Below are positions 18,909 to 28,382 of a stretch of 64,000 nt of DNA, in pieces. The stretch is from assembly GCA_965116925.1 (NCBI GenBank), contig OZ220744.1, positions 4,928,001-4,992,000 of the forward strand, written 5' to 3'. This DNA is from Candidatus Poribacteria bacterium (lineage in GTDB: Bacteria > Poribacteria > WGA-4E > PCPOR2b). The position numbers and the translations under genes are program-made. The stretch's first letter is position 1. Every line of letters begins with the position of its first letter. Below the pieces are notes generated by a model, which was not told the DNA's origin, made no database searches, and saw only the letters and a program-made list of their open reading frames with translations.

Positions 18909-19331
18909 TTAATTCTCCTCTTGTTCAGTTAACCATCCGTGGAGCCGTTCATAAATACGAAAGAGCAATAGGTCGCGAGTTTCACGCCAAAACGTAACAT
19001 TATCGCTCGCCGAATGAAGCAGCTGTTCTTTTTGATCCTCATCTAATTCATCTAATTCACCATCATCCAGTTCATCACTCCAAGATATAGCATTATCGCT
19101 TGAGATGAAAAGATGTTCAACATAATCGTCTAACGAAAACAGCGGTTCCTGTTCCTTTTGTTCAATTCTATCTCGAGTAACACGCAGTAACACACTGCGG
19201 CATTTAGCGTAGGTTTCCGCATCTTGAAGGTCACGAAGAAGTTGTTTACTTCGCTTACTTCCAGATTTACGGATACTCTCCGCGATGAAATCACCGACTT
19301 CTTTGATTTTATCAAGCCGTGCTTGTTTCAT
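18909..19331 (-). CDS. cas11: Probable Cas11 small subunit from an internal start in cas8b
   Basis: In-frame ATG at 19331 preceded by AGGAGG, 8 nt spacing; 140 aa ending WRETRDLLLFRIYERLH. Confidence 0.7.
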   Translation of the reverse strand: MKQARLDKIKEVGDFIAESIRKSGSKRSKQLLRDLQDAETYAKCRSVLLRVTRDRIEQKEQEPLFSLDDYVEHLFISSDNAISWSDELDDGELDELDEDQKEQLLHSASDNVTFWRETRDLLLFRIYERLHGWLTEQEEN

Positions 19332-20351
19332 ACTTCTGACCTCCTGTAAGTAACGAGAGAGCAATTCCCAATTTCCGCGCGATTCTCGAGCGCGTCGGTT
19401 AAGAAAAAAACCACGAATAGACCTGTCCTGCAACAGATACTCATATACAAGGTTTTTCTTATTTTTGTAATCCTCTTCAGATTTAACCTTAGCCCAAGCA
19501 ATTTTTGGCACGTAACCGCTTCGGACAATTCCCTCCCAGGCATCCTTAAAGGGATTCTGTTCAACAACGCATAAAAATCGGAAGACAGGAGATGGTATAT
19601 AAAAAATTTCAACGTCAGGATACTGATTGTTGTTTGTAAAAGAGTAAACTTGCATAGATACCTCCTCCTCTTCATCTTCATCTGCCTGCATTTCCTCAAC
19701 CTCAATAACCATTTCCCGAACCATTCTGAACAACCCGTTGCGCGGGTTTGAGTAGTCAGGTTTAAAACATCCTGCCACTCCTTGTTGGGAATATTGCCGG
19801 TGAACCCCCTTAATGCAGATTGATGTCCAAGCTCTCAGCAGTTGCCAAGAATTGGAGTGAAGCATGAGAAACCGTCCGCCGGTTACACCAGTTGAGACCA
19901 AAGCAAGAGGTGAAAACTGGATTGCAAAAGCACATGCGGCGCAGTAACCTGCTCCTTCGGCAAAGGCAGGAAAAAAATTGCTATTTTGTCCGCCTGTTAG
20001 CGGGACACCTGTTCTGTCAAGCGAGGAGGTGGGAGTTACATCACGCCTACCACAACCCATACAATTGCCACCTTGACCGAGCCCGTCCGATTTATCAATA
20101 TAGCCAAGGAGTTTCTTTTTAAACTTTGGTACGCGGTCACCTTTTTTACCATTCGTTAGAACGTGGTTCCTTGTGAAGATTGAAGTCCATTTTTCCCAAC
20201 TCGCTGCTATAGGAACAAATTCCTCAACAACTGTCTCAAGGTCAGCGGTAGTAATCTGTTCCGGTTGCACACTGCGTCCTAACCATTCGCAAATTCCACA
20301 TACACCCGCATCAACAAACGGATTGCCCATCAATTTCTCATAAATTGCCAT
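18909..20351 (-). CDS. cas8b: Type I-B large subunit Cas8b (Cst1-like, two CxxC)
   Basis: GNPFVDAG N-terminus, CMGC and CAAC, NFFP motif; lies between cas6 and cas7. Confidence 0.9.
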   Translation of the reverse strand: MAIYEKLMGNPFVDAGVCGICEWLGRSVQPEQITTADLETVVEEFVPIAASWEKWTSIFTRNHVLTNGKKGDRVPKFKKKLLGYIDKSDGLGQGGNCMGCGRRDVTPTSSLDRTGVPLTGGQNSNFFPAFAEGAGYCAACAFAIQFSPLALVSTGVTGGRFLMLHSNSWQLLRAWTSICIKGVHRQYSQQGVAGCFKPDYSNPRNGLFRMVREMVIEVEEMQADEDEEEEVSMQVYSFTNNNQYPDVEIFYIPSPVFRFLCVVEQNPFKDAWEGIVRSGYVPKIAWAKVKSEEDYKNKKNLVYEYLLQDRSIRGFFLNRRARESRGNWELLSRYLQEVRSMKQARLDKIKEVGDFIAESIRKSGSKRSKQLLRDLQDAETYAKCRSVLLRVTRDRIEQKEQEPLFSLDDYVEHLFISSDNAISWSDELDDGELDELDEDQKEQLLHSASDNVTFWRETRDLLLFRIYERLHGWLTEQEEN

Positions 20352-20426
20352 CCTTCTTCTCCCTCTACGAAAACTGAACCAGAATTATACCACCCCACAA
20401 ATATTAAGTCAACATAGTTTTCGTAT

Positions 20427-21179
20427 TTATTGCCTTAAAACCTCCACCATCCCAAATCCCATGCTATTTTTATCCCCAAATCCACATTCATAGCCGATGT
20501 GAATTAACTCCGGGGAACCGATAACGTGAAACGGAGAGAGGATGCCGCGAATTTTGGTCCCTTTGAAATTAACCAACCGGGTCACGCGCCCCTCCCTTTT
20601 GTCGATGTACGCCTGATCGAAGGTCATCGCAAACGATTTCTCTGTCGGTGGGTGTTGGTGCACCGCTTCGTATTTCCGAATCAGGTTCTGCCGAACCAAC
20701 TCGGAGAACTGCGGATCATCGGGCAAGCAGTAGTGAGGTGTATCGTCTCGCTCGCGCTTGGTAGACATTGTAATCGGTGAGAGGCACCGAAAGGTCATCT
20801 GCGGTCCAAAGCGGGGTTGACGCAACACCTCGACATCCTGCACCCGCATCCTGTGACGTTCAATCTGTAGGATTCCGGTTTGCATCAGGGAAGCGGCGAA
20901 GTTTGCCAAAAACTGCTCCTGAGATGAGGAGATGTACCATGTCAGCGGTGAACCGAAGTGAATCTGGTCGTCTTGAATCTTGCGTCGTGCCATCAGTTGA
21001 GAGAAGGTAAACAGTTTGAAACGCCGATTCTCAACTTCATAGCCATCTTGGTGGAGGAAATGTGCATATTCGGGGTCGGATTCTTTGAGGAATTGATAGA
21101 TAACGCCTGTAAGGAAGTAGTTATAGTTGATCGGTAGACGGATGCCTTTGCCGATGTCGCATGTAATTTTGATTCGCAT
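20427..21179 (-). CDS. cas6: Cas6 crRNA endoribonuclease
   Basis: FKLFTFS, C-terminal Gly-rich loop GFGDKNSMGFG. Confidence 0.97.
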   Translation of the reverse strand: MRIKITCDIGKGIRLPINYNYFLTGVIYQFLKESDPEYAHFLHQDGYEVENRRFKLFTFSQLMARRKIQDDQIHFGSPLTWYISSSQEQFLANFAASLMQTGILQIERHRMRVQDVEVLRQPRFGPQMTFRCLSPITMSTKRERDDTPHYCLPDDPQFSELVRQNLIRKYEAVHQHPPTEKSFAMTFDQAYIDKREGRVTRLVNFKGTKIRGILSPFHVIGSPELIHIGYECGFGDKNSMGFGMVEVLRQ

Positions 21180-21417
21180 AGGTTTAGCTCCATGTAATGA
21201 AAATTAATCTTTCAGGAGGGTAGAGTTTGCACGAACGCGCAATGAATTGCGCTACTACGAACCTAATTAATCAACCTTGTTAGGAGGGTGTGATTTGTAT
21301 CTTTCCCTGATTGTTACACACATCAAAACCATTATTGTTTCGTTAATCCCTAGGTATGATTTACATCTTTCCTCAATTCTTACCCATTTTTGGATTGGTC
21401 TTGGGAAAGTGTTATCC

Positions 21418-23610
21418 TTACCGAATCACAGCAATTTTTGTGCCTTCCGTCCGCGATTCGCCATCTGCATCGGTTGCGGTGATACGGCAGATGTACACGC
21501 CGGGCGAGACAAGTTCAAAAAAGTTCCGTCTACCCTCCCAAGTAAAGGCGTCATTCGCGCCCAATCGACCGCCGTTGTCTCCCGCAAGAAACACACTTTC
21601 AAGTACCTGCTCGCCGACGGTGTCGTAGATGGAGACGATGACCTCCGCATCACGACTCAGTGTATAGGTCAGTTTGAGCGCAGCATTCGGCTGGTTAAGA
21701 CGGAGTGGGTTCGGGTAGGCAACGATGTTTTCAATGGTCACGCTTGGGTTCGCTACTGTCAATTCAGTTTCGATCCGATTGTTGTTGAAATTGGATTCAA
21801 AGACACGCGTATCGTCGTTCGCTAGGGCACGGAGGGTAAATACGCCCCATGTGGTTGGTGTGAAGCGATCGCTGACCGTTTGCGGTTGATTAACGCTCAG
21901 GTCTACGCTCTGTTCAGGCAGGATTTCGGAGGTTCCATCGGGACTGACAACGACGAATTGAACGGTGATGTTCTCAAGGGGGACGGGACCCGCGTTTGTT
22001 ACCTCTGCGGTGATTATCACCTCATCCCCTTTGGTAGGAGCGGGGTTGGAAACGGTGATGCCTTCGGATTCCCAGAAGATGTCAGGATTCAGCGGAGGGG
22101 TTGATCCAACGATAGGCTGGGCGAGTTCGGCGAGGGTTGCTACGGCTAACTTGATAGCCAATTCCCCCAACAGCGGTATGGAGATTTTTGTCAGGTCATC
22201 CTCTTGGCTGTGGATATATTCGGTCGATTCGTCCGGCGCATCGAGGGAGGATTCCTCTGCCACCATCACCGCCGGAATGCCGATGTCCCAAAATGGGGAG
22301 TGATCGCTGTAGATGAAACTGGGATCATTTTTTAGGCGCAGATCTATTGGGATTTTGTACCGCTCCGCAGCGGCACCAAAAGCGTTGACAAGCCATTGCG
22401 AACCCTCATCGCCAAGCACATGGATGTCCAAGTTGCCGTCCGGGTCATGTCCAAGGAGATCGAAGTTTATGACACCGGCGATGTCATCCCCACGCTCCTG
22501 AACCAACCGCGCATAATGTTTGCTGCCGAATAGAAATAACTCCTCCCCTGAAAAGGCGATAAATCGAACCGTGAAATCAAAGTCTTGTTGGCTCAGAATA
22601 CGCGCAGTCTCCAGCATCTCCGCGACACCTGATGCATTGTCGGAGGCCCCCGGTGCAGCCATCCTTCTCCAGCCTCCATCCCAACCGGGGGTTTTGGAGG
22701 CGATGCTGTCATAATGCGCTATCATCAAGTAGATTCGATTTTTGTTCGGACCTTTTCCCGGCAGCGTAGCGACCACATTCCGCATGACGTATTCGCCGAC
22801 CAATGCCCCAAGCCCGGATCGACGCCGGTGGTCAAAGGGATCGAATTCGACCTTCAGACCGTAGCTGCGAAACTGTTGGGCGATGTAGTCTGCGGAGTTA
22901 TCGCAGGCGTGATCGGGTGTCGGATTATCATCAAATTGAACGGCATCGCGGACGCGGAGGGCGTATCGACTTCGGAAAAATTGTCCCGGCTTCTGGAGAT
23001 TTTCATTCTCGACGAGAGCGATAGTCTGCCAAACCCATCGAACCCCGTCCGCTTGATTGAGTAGTCCTTGAATGACCGATTGCTGCTGGGGTGATGCGGA
23101 TATACTCGGAGCAAGCGAAGGGGTCTGAAATTCCGGTAGCACAATATTGGCGGGCAGTTTAGCACGGTAATGCACCGGCAGGTCTAACAGGACGGATTCA
23201 AGATTGGCGGGCAACTTGAGCAGGGAAACGCCACCGAACTGATGTAAAATCTCCCCATACATCTCGATTGTTGTTCTCTCTCTCGCCGAAGGGAGCCGGA
23301 GGACGTAATAGTTGAAACCGGGCGTAACTGTATCCAGAACTTGTGGGTCTGGTAATTCGGTCAACACATTTTGATTCGCTCCGATGGAACCGGAATCCAG
23401 AGGGACTTGAATAACCGCAAAATCAGGTGTGCGATAGCGCAATTTGATCCCATGATGCGCTTGCAGGAACTGGAGGTGTTGGTTGGAACTTTGAGGAATC
23501 TTGACGAGTAGATCCGCTTGGGCAAACAGGAGCGTTGGAATGAGGATTAAAAAAATGAGAACAGCGGTAAATCTCTTAACCATTTGCAGTTTTTGATTGG
23601 ATAATAGCAT
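21418..23610 (-). CDS. Secreted M28 peptidase with CARDB and FlgD-Ig-like C-terminal domain
   Basis: AHYDS, GASDNASG, FSGEE, SDHSPF, YIHS; CARDB-like ESNFNNN; YPNP...SPGVYI...KIAVIR tail; signal peptide after M23610 or M23583. Confidence 0.85.
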   Translation of the reverse strand: MLLSNQKLQMVKRFTAVLIFLILIPTLLFAQADLLVKIPQSSNQHLQFLQAHHGIKLRYRTPDFAVIQVPLDSGSIGANQNVLTELPDPQVLDTVTPGFNYYVLRLPSARERTTIEMYGEILHQFGGVSLLKLPANLESVLLDLPVHYRAKLPANIVLPEFQTPSLAPSISASPQQQSVIQGLLNQADGVRWVWQTIALVENENLQKPGQFFRSRYALRVRDAVQFDDNPTPDHACDNSADYIAQQFRSYGLKVEFDPFDHRRRSGLGALVGEYVMRNVVATLPGKGPNKNRIYLMIAHYDSIASKTPGWDGGWRRMAAPGASDNASGVAEMLETARILSQQDFDFTVRFIAFSGEELFLFGSKHYARLVQERGDDIAGVINFDLLGHDPDGNLDIHVLGDEGSQWLVNAFGAAAERYKIPIDLRLKNDPSFIYSDHSPFWDIGIPAVMVAEESSLDAPDESTEYIHSQEDDLTKISIPLLGELAIKLAVATLAELAQPIVGSTPPLNPDIFWESEGITVSNPAPTKGDEVIITAEVTNAGPVPLENITVQFVVVSPDGTSEILPEQSVDLSVNQPQTVSDRFTPTTWGVFTLRALANDDTRVFESNFNNNRIETELTVANPSVTIENIVAYPNPLRLNQPNAALKLTYTLSRDAEVIVSIYDTVGEQVLESVFLAGDNGGRLGANDAFTWEGRRNFFELVSPGVYICRITATDADGESRTEGTKIAVIR

Positions 23611-23618
23611 GATTCTGA

Positions 23619-24341
23619 CTACGCCAAACCCGCAGGCAGCATAATTAATTCTGGGACATAAACCCGTGCTGGTAGCGAAGCAATCAGTAGACACGCATCG
23701 GCGACATCCTGTGGTTGTAGAGATTTTGCCATCACTTCGGGTGGGGTTGGCACCGGACGTTGCAGCACGAGCGGCGTATCCGTCAAACCGGGGAAGAGCA
23801 TGGAGGTGCGGATGCCGTTCTCTTTCTCTTCTTGGAATGTGCCGTGAGCGAGACCGACCATCCCGTGCTTGGTTGCTTGATAGGAAACACCAGATGTATC
23901 GGGACGCTGCACCGCTCCACTGGAGACGTAGATAATTAAGCCATCCTGTTGATCGCGCATCGTTGGGAGGACAGCCTTCGTGCAGTAAAACGCTCCGGTC
24001 AGGTTCGTCTGGATCATCATATCCCACGTTTCGTTGGATAAAACTTCAAGGCTCCGTTCGGGAATGTTTGTGCCGGTGACGTAGACGAGCACATCAATCC
24101 GTCCAAAATGTTCTAATGTTGTTGCAATGAGCCTATCCACGGCTGCCGAATTTTGCACGTCGGTTGGGCAGGCGATTGCATTCTCGCCAATCTCTTCCGC
24201 TAACGCTGCGAGTGTATCGGCACTCCGTGCAGCAAGCACAACTTTTGCCCCTGATTCAGCAAAAGTAACCGCGGTTGCTCTCCCCATGCCGCTGCTGCTT
24301 CCCACGACAATGGCAACTTTATCCGCTAATGAAAAACCCAT
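23619..24341 (-). CDS. Short-chain dehydrogenase/reductase
   Basis: VGSSSGMG Rossmann motif, YQATK catalytic motif. Confidence 0.93.
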   Translation of the reverse strand: MGFSLADKVAIVVGSSSGMGRATAVTFAESGAKVVLAARSADTLAALAEEIGENAIACPTDVQNSAAVDRLIATTLEHFGRIDVLVYVTGTNIPERSLEVLSNETWDMMIQTNLTGAFYCTKAVLPTMRDQQDGLIIYVSSGAVQRPDTSGVSYQATKHGMVGLAHGTFQEEKENGIRTSMLFPGLTDTPLVLQRPVPTPPEVMAKSLQPQDVADACLLIASLPARVYVPELIMLPAGLA

Positions 24342-24432
24342 AGGATGTCCCCCTATCTTCCTTAGAAACGTGATATATGAATGCTATACATCTGTCACCC
24401 CCTAGGACTTTAGGCGGCAACTCGGATCTATG

Positions 24433-24666
24433 CTAAGGCCTCAGATACATCAATGCCATCTGAAAATCACGACGTTCAGAGCAGTGCACACACCGCCACT
24501 GCGATGTTCCATCGGCTTGGTTTACCTGTAAAACCCATAGATGCCTGCAATCCGCTCGTTGTCCTGATTGGGGGATTTGCTTAAGGTTATCCCACTCGCA
24601 ATCTAGGCAAAACGCAGACTCGTCTTTGAGCGTTTGTACTTTACCGCCGCATTTGGGACAGATCAA
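24433..24666 (-). CDS. Small Cys-rich putative double zinc-ribbon protein
   Basis: 77 aa, CPKC/CLDC and CRH/CVHC; GGAGGAGG SD before TTG. Confidence 0.7.
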   Translation of the reverse strand: MICPKCGGKVQTLKDESAFCLDCEWDNLKQIPQSGQRADCRHLWVLQVNQADGTSQWRCVHCSERRDFQMALMYLRP

Positions 24667-24713
24667 CGCAGACGCCTCCTCCCACGAACAACTCAGAATG
24701 GCTGCTGGACTTT

Positions 24714-24742
24714 AGTGTATGGGATTCACTACCCATTGTCAA
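24714..24742 (-). promoter_or_regulatory. sigma70-type promoter of the zinc-ribbon gene
   Basis: TTGACA-17 bp-TACACT on the minus strand. Confidence 0.7.
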
Positions 24743-24753
24743 GTTTTATCTTT

Positions 24754-24876
24754 TAGGGTCATTTAATTCTTTCGTAGCTCGATGTCTTGGTTAACGCAAC
24801 GGCGGGGCAAGATGCCCCGCCTACGGGTTTGGGTCGTTCCAAAACCAGTCAAAAAACCAAAAACTAAATGACCCTA
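24754..24876. mobile_element. MITE-like element containing a REP hairpin
   Basis: Perfect 12-bp IR TAGGGTCATTTA/TAAATGACCCTA; TTATCTTT on both flanks. Confidence 0.6.
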
Positions 24877-24894
24877 CTTATCTTTTTGTTTATC

Positions 24895-24923
24895 TTGACT
24901 CTGCAACCCCTCGCTGCTAAACT
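24895..24923 (+). promoter_or_regulatory. Candidate sigma70 promoter upstream of the Gfo/Idh/MocA gene
   Basis: TTGACT-17 bp-TAAACT. Confidence 0.5.
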
Positions 24924-25039
24924 ACGGCGGTATAGTGCGTAAAACGTGATGCGTGAAACGTGAGAGCAATTCGTTCACGGCTTCATTTAGCCCCAGCGGG
25001 GCGACATGTGTGTCGTAAATTTGGTTATTTCTGATAGAT

Positions 25040-25213
25040 GTCGGGCATGAAAACTCAATGGATGTGTGGGAGATCCTAACGGGTGTTAGACCTGAAACTC
25101 TCCCACGAAGGACAAGACAATTTTAACATACTCATAATATCTTTCAAACAAAAAAGGAGGTGGGATGTCCCCCCACGCCCTAAAGGGTGCGGGCTCCATC
25201 CCGAAGAATTCTG
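25040..25213 (-). mobile_element. Orphan IS200/IS605 left end with promoter and tnpB-type leader, no ORF
   Basis: Minus strand TCAT|CAGAATT..., hairpin CCCGCACCC-TTTA-GGGCGTGGG, then sequence colinear with 2060-2135. Left boundary approximate. Confidence 0.7.
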
Positions 25214-26197
25214 ATGAAAGTTGCAGTGATTGGATTAGCGGGTGTTGGTCGTGCCCATGTTGATAGGTGGGCAGATAATCCTGACGCCGAGTTGGTCAGC
25301 GTATGTGACATCGTCCCTCAAATTGCAGACGATTTCGCGTCACAGTACGGTGTTAAGGGTTATACCTCCACGGAGGAGATGCTGGATAGGGAGGATCTGA
25401 CGGCAATCAGTATCTGCACACCGCCGAAGATACACCTCGCTTTAACACGCGCAGCGGCAGGGCGTGGCATCCACGTATTGTGTGAGAAGCCGATGGCAAG
25501 TACAGTGGCAGACTGTCAGGAGATGATCGATGTGTGCAAATCGGCGGGTGTCGTTTTGCAGATTGGGCATAAGAAACGGTTTCTTCCATCACTCCTACGT
25601 TTGAAGGAACTGACCGAGGGCGAATTTGGACCGATTCAGTATATGGTTCACCGGTATCCGCATCCGGGGATGTCGAACAAAGATTGGTTCTGGGCAGAGG
25701 ACGACGGCGGTGGACCTATCCTCGAAAACGCTGTGCACGCCGCAGACATCCTCGGCTTTCTGATGGGAGATGTCGAGCGGGTTTATGCCGAGGGTGGGAC
25801 CTTCTTTGCGCCGCATCGAAAGCCACAGATTGACTGCGCGATGTTTACCCTACGATTCAAAAGCGGTGCGATTGGGGTTGTCAACGCCGGTATGGTTTCG
25901 ATGAGAGGGTTCAGCTTTGAGGATTTCTACGCCGCCAACGAAAACGGCGTCGCTGAAGTGACAGGGGGGTTTGATAGCGCGGACACTTTGCACTATTCTT
26001 TCCGAGATGATCCGGAGACTTTGCAGGAGGAAAACTACCCGAACTTTGATTCTTTCGGTGCAGAGATTGAGCATTTTATTGAGTGCATTCAAACGGGAAA
26101 CGAACCGCGGGCAAGCGGTGAAGCGGGCATGAAAGCGGTGGCAATTTGCCGTGCGGTGAAGCGGTCAGCAGAGATTGGGGAGCCGGTTGAACTGTAG
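25214..26197 (+). CDS. Gfo/Idh/MocA oxidoreductase
   Basis: MKVAVIGLAGVG, HVLCEKPMA, GGGPILENAVHAAD. Confidence 0.93.
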   Translation: MKVAVIGLAGVGRAHVDRWADNPDAELVSVCDIVPQIADDFASQYGVKGYTSTEEMLDREDLTAISICTPPKIHLALTRAAAGRGIHVLCEKPMASTVADCQEMIDVCKSAGVVLQIGHKKRFLPSLLRLKELTEGEFGPIQYMVHRYPHPGMSNKDWFWAEDDGGGPILENAVHAADILGFLMGDVERVYAEGGTFFAPHRKPQIDCAMFTLRFKSGAIGVVNAGMVSMRGFSFEDFYAANENGVAEVTGGFDSADTLHYSFRDDPETLQEENYPNFDSFGAEIEHFIECIQTGNEPRASGEAGMKAVAICRAVKRSAEIGEPVEL

Positions 26198-26244
26198 GAT
26201 TCAGAAGGAGAACTATGTTGAAGTAGTGTTCATAGATGAGACGA

Positions 26245-26427
26245 TTATTTCTCGTCAGCAGTAGTACGACCTGAAACAGAGGGCACAGCAGTTTCAGTAC
26301 TGCCAAGGGCAAGCGTAGAAATCCCTTGATTTTCTAAAAGTGCGTGGCTTTGCACTTTGGCTGTATGTGCGGCTTCGATGAGATTTTCAGTTTTCAACTC
26401 TTTGATGTAGTCATCTAATGTTTTCAT
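26245..26427 (-). CDS. Possible small hypothetical protein (60 aa)
   Basis: ATG 26427 with GAGG SD; fills intergenic space; no recognisable motif. Confidence 0.4.
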   Translation of the reverse strand: MKTLDDYIKELKTENLIEAAHTAKVQSHALLENQGISTLALGSTETAVPSVSGRTTADEK

Positions 26428-26515
26428 AACAACCTCGTCAGAAATCAAAACTTTATTGTGTGCGAAGTATACCATCAAATGCAGGTACAAGTAAAGTGAA
26501 ATATCAGAGGAGAAT

Positions 26516-27283
26516 ATGATGAAACTCACGCCACAACAGATCGAACAGTTTCAAGAGAAAGGGTATCTCAAAATCCCACACCGTCTCATTACAGACGATC
26601 ACCTTGTCTTGTTGCGCGAGCACTACGACGCACTGTTTGCGAAAAAACGCGGCACAAATGGTCAGGGATTACGCAACCTCGCTATCATCGGTGAGACGGA
26701 GCAGGACGAAACCGCAGACAGTTCCGAGGAAATGCTACAGATCATGGAGATGTGGCACTATGATGAGGTGTACCGCCAACTGCTCTATCACGAGCCACTA
26801 TTGGACATCGCCGAAAGTTTGATTGGTCCTAATATCCAACTGTTCCATGATCAAGCTCTGTATAAACCTGCCCGTCACGGCGGCGAAGTGCCGTGGCATC
26901 AGGACAACGGCTATTGGCGTTGTACGCCGGCGAACCTCGTGAGCATCTGGATGGCACTCGACGACGCCGATGAAGAGAACGGGTGCATGAACGTCATCCC
27001 CGGCAGCCATGTGGAAAGCGCACCGGATCACGACCGCGCCGTATCAGAAAAAGGGCAACTCCCTGCGCTGTTACAAGCAAACGTAGATGAAAGTCGTGCG
27101 GCACCTGTACCACTCAAGGCAGGATACGGAATGGTGCATCACTGTATGATGCTGCATCAGACCAATCCGAATCGGTCACATCGTAGACGACGGGCGATGG
27201 TTATTCACTATATGCCGCCTGGCACGGTTAACGGTAAGGGCGACGCGATGGCGGATCGTCTGTTGCTGCGCGGAGAGTTGTAA
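26516..27283 (+). CDS. Phytanoyl-CoA dioxygenase (PhyH) family Fe/2OG oxygenase
   Basis: PWHQD...HHCMMLH...RRA facial triad pattern. Confidence 0.92.
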   Translation: MMKLTPQQIEQFQEKGYLKIPHRLITDDHLVLLREHYDALFAKKRGTNGQGLRNLAIIGETEQDETADSSEEMLQIMEMWHYDEVYRQLLYHEPLLDIAESLIGPNIQLFHDQALYKPARHGGEVPWHQDNGYWRCTPANLVSIWMALDDADEENGCMNVIPGSHVESAPDHDRAVSEKGQLPALLQANVDESRAAPVPLKAGYGMVHHCMMLHQTNPNRSHRRRRAMVIHYMPPGTVNGKGDAMADRLLLRGEL

Positions 27284-27294
27284 GGGAGCAATAC

Positions 27295-28338
27295 CTAGCC
27301 GGGACACGCCTCTGCGAACACCCGCAGATGATTTTCGCCAAGTATTTTCCGGATCGACGCCGGTGAATAACCCCGCTCTAACAACGCTTCGGTAATTTTC
27401 GGGAACTCTGTCGCATCCCTGAGTTGTTCGCCCCCACCATCGAAATCGGATCCGATGCCAACGTGATCATCTCCGACCAGATTGACGATGTGATCGATAT
27501 GGTCGAGATAGCGGGAAAACGAAGGGGTATTGTCGTCAATGAACCATGTCACGAAGGTCGCACCGATGACGCCGCCGTTTTCGGCGATGCGTTTAATCTG
27601 CTCATCGGTCAGGTTGCGCGGATGACCGCAGAGTGCCTTACAGTTGCTGTGGGAAGCGATTACAGGACGTTGGGCAATTTCCAGCACATCCCAAAAGCCG
27701 CGCTCGCTGATGTGGGAGACATCAACAAGCATCCCCAGTCGGTTCATCTCTTTCACCAGTTGAACGCCAAATCGGGTGAGGCCGCCGCCGCTATCCGTTT
27801 CGCCGTTACCAGCCGCTGCCCATGAGGTTGGGTCGTGGGTCAACCCAACAGATCGGACACCCAAGTGGTGCAGGCTTTTCAGGATGTTCAGGCTTCGCTC
27901 CACACCGTCGCTGTTCTCAATGACTAGAATCGCAGCGAGTTTACCCGCCGCTTTTGCCTTCCTGATATCTTCCGCTGTCTTTGCGATGACAATTTCATCG
28001 GCGTGCGTCTCGACTTCCGCCTTAAAAAAGCCGATGGCATCTAAGGCGTAGCTGAGATGATTCTTCCACGCTCGCGTCACATCAATCGCAAAGAAGGCAG
28101 CGTCAACCCCGCCCTGACGCATCTTCGGCAGATTGATCTGGATATCCATCTGGCTAGCTGCGGAATCGAGTGGACCGCGCATATAGGCGATTGTTCCGTC
28201 GTGCCGGACGCGGTCAGGTGTCTCCCGATCTGAAATACTGATATTCCCTCGCCGGATATGCCCGACAATCGTATCGTTGTGAGAATCAATGACAAGGGCT
28301 TCGTTATGAAAGTCTATGGACGACAATTCTGATGTCAA
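27295..28338 (-). CDS. Membrane dipeptidase (M19)
   Basis: IDSHND, LVDVSH, IASHSN, GIGSDFDG; start set at TTG 28338 after AGGAG. Confidence 0.92.
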   Translation of the reverse strand: MTSELSSIDFHNEALVIDSHNDTIVGHIRRGNISISDRETPDRVRHDGTIAYMRGPLDSAASQMDIQINLPKMRQGGVDAAFFAIDVTRAWKNHLSYALDAIGFFKAEVETHADEIVIAKTAEDIRKAKAAGKLAAILVIENSDGVERSLNILKSLHHLGVRSVGLTHDPTSWAAAGNGETDSGGGLTRFGVQLVKEMNRLGMLVDVSHISERGFWDVLEIAQRPVIASHSNCKALCGHPRNLTDEQIKRIAENGGVIGATFVTWFIDDNTPSFSRYLDHIDHIVNLVGDDHVGIGSDFDGGGEQLRDATEFPKITEALLERGYSPASIRKILGENHLRVFAEACPG

Positions 28339-28382
28339 GATTGTTCTCCTTTTTGATGCGGCTGATAGTTTCCGAATGCTTC

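Noticed and set aside
21277..21825. 182-aa plus-strand ORF and similar antisense ORFs (936-1565, 5969-6319, 34147-34671, 44349-44921, 53109-53618)
   Set aside because: Shadows of well-supported genes, no motifs.
23611..24027. Long N-terminal extension of the M28 peptidase ORF
   Set aside because: Overlaps the SDR gene in another frame; the signal peptide starts near 23610/23583.
25155..25263. AGGAGG-ATG 32-codon ORF overlapping the Gfo/Idh/MocA start as a leader peptide
   Set aside because: Starts within the IS-end remnant, is out of frame and is not stop-start coupled; likely incidental.
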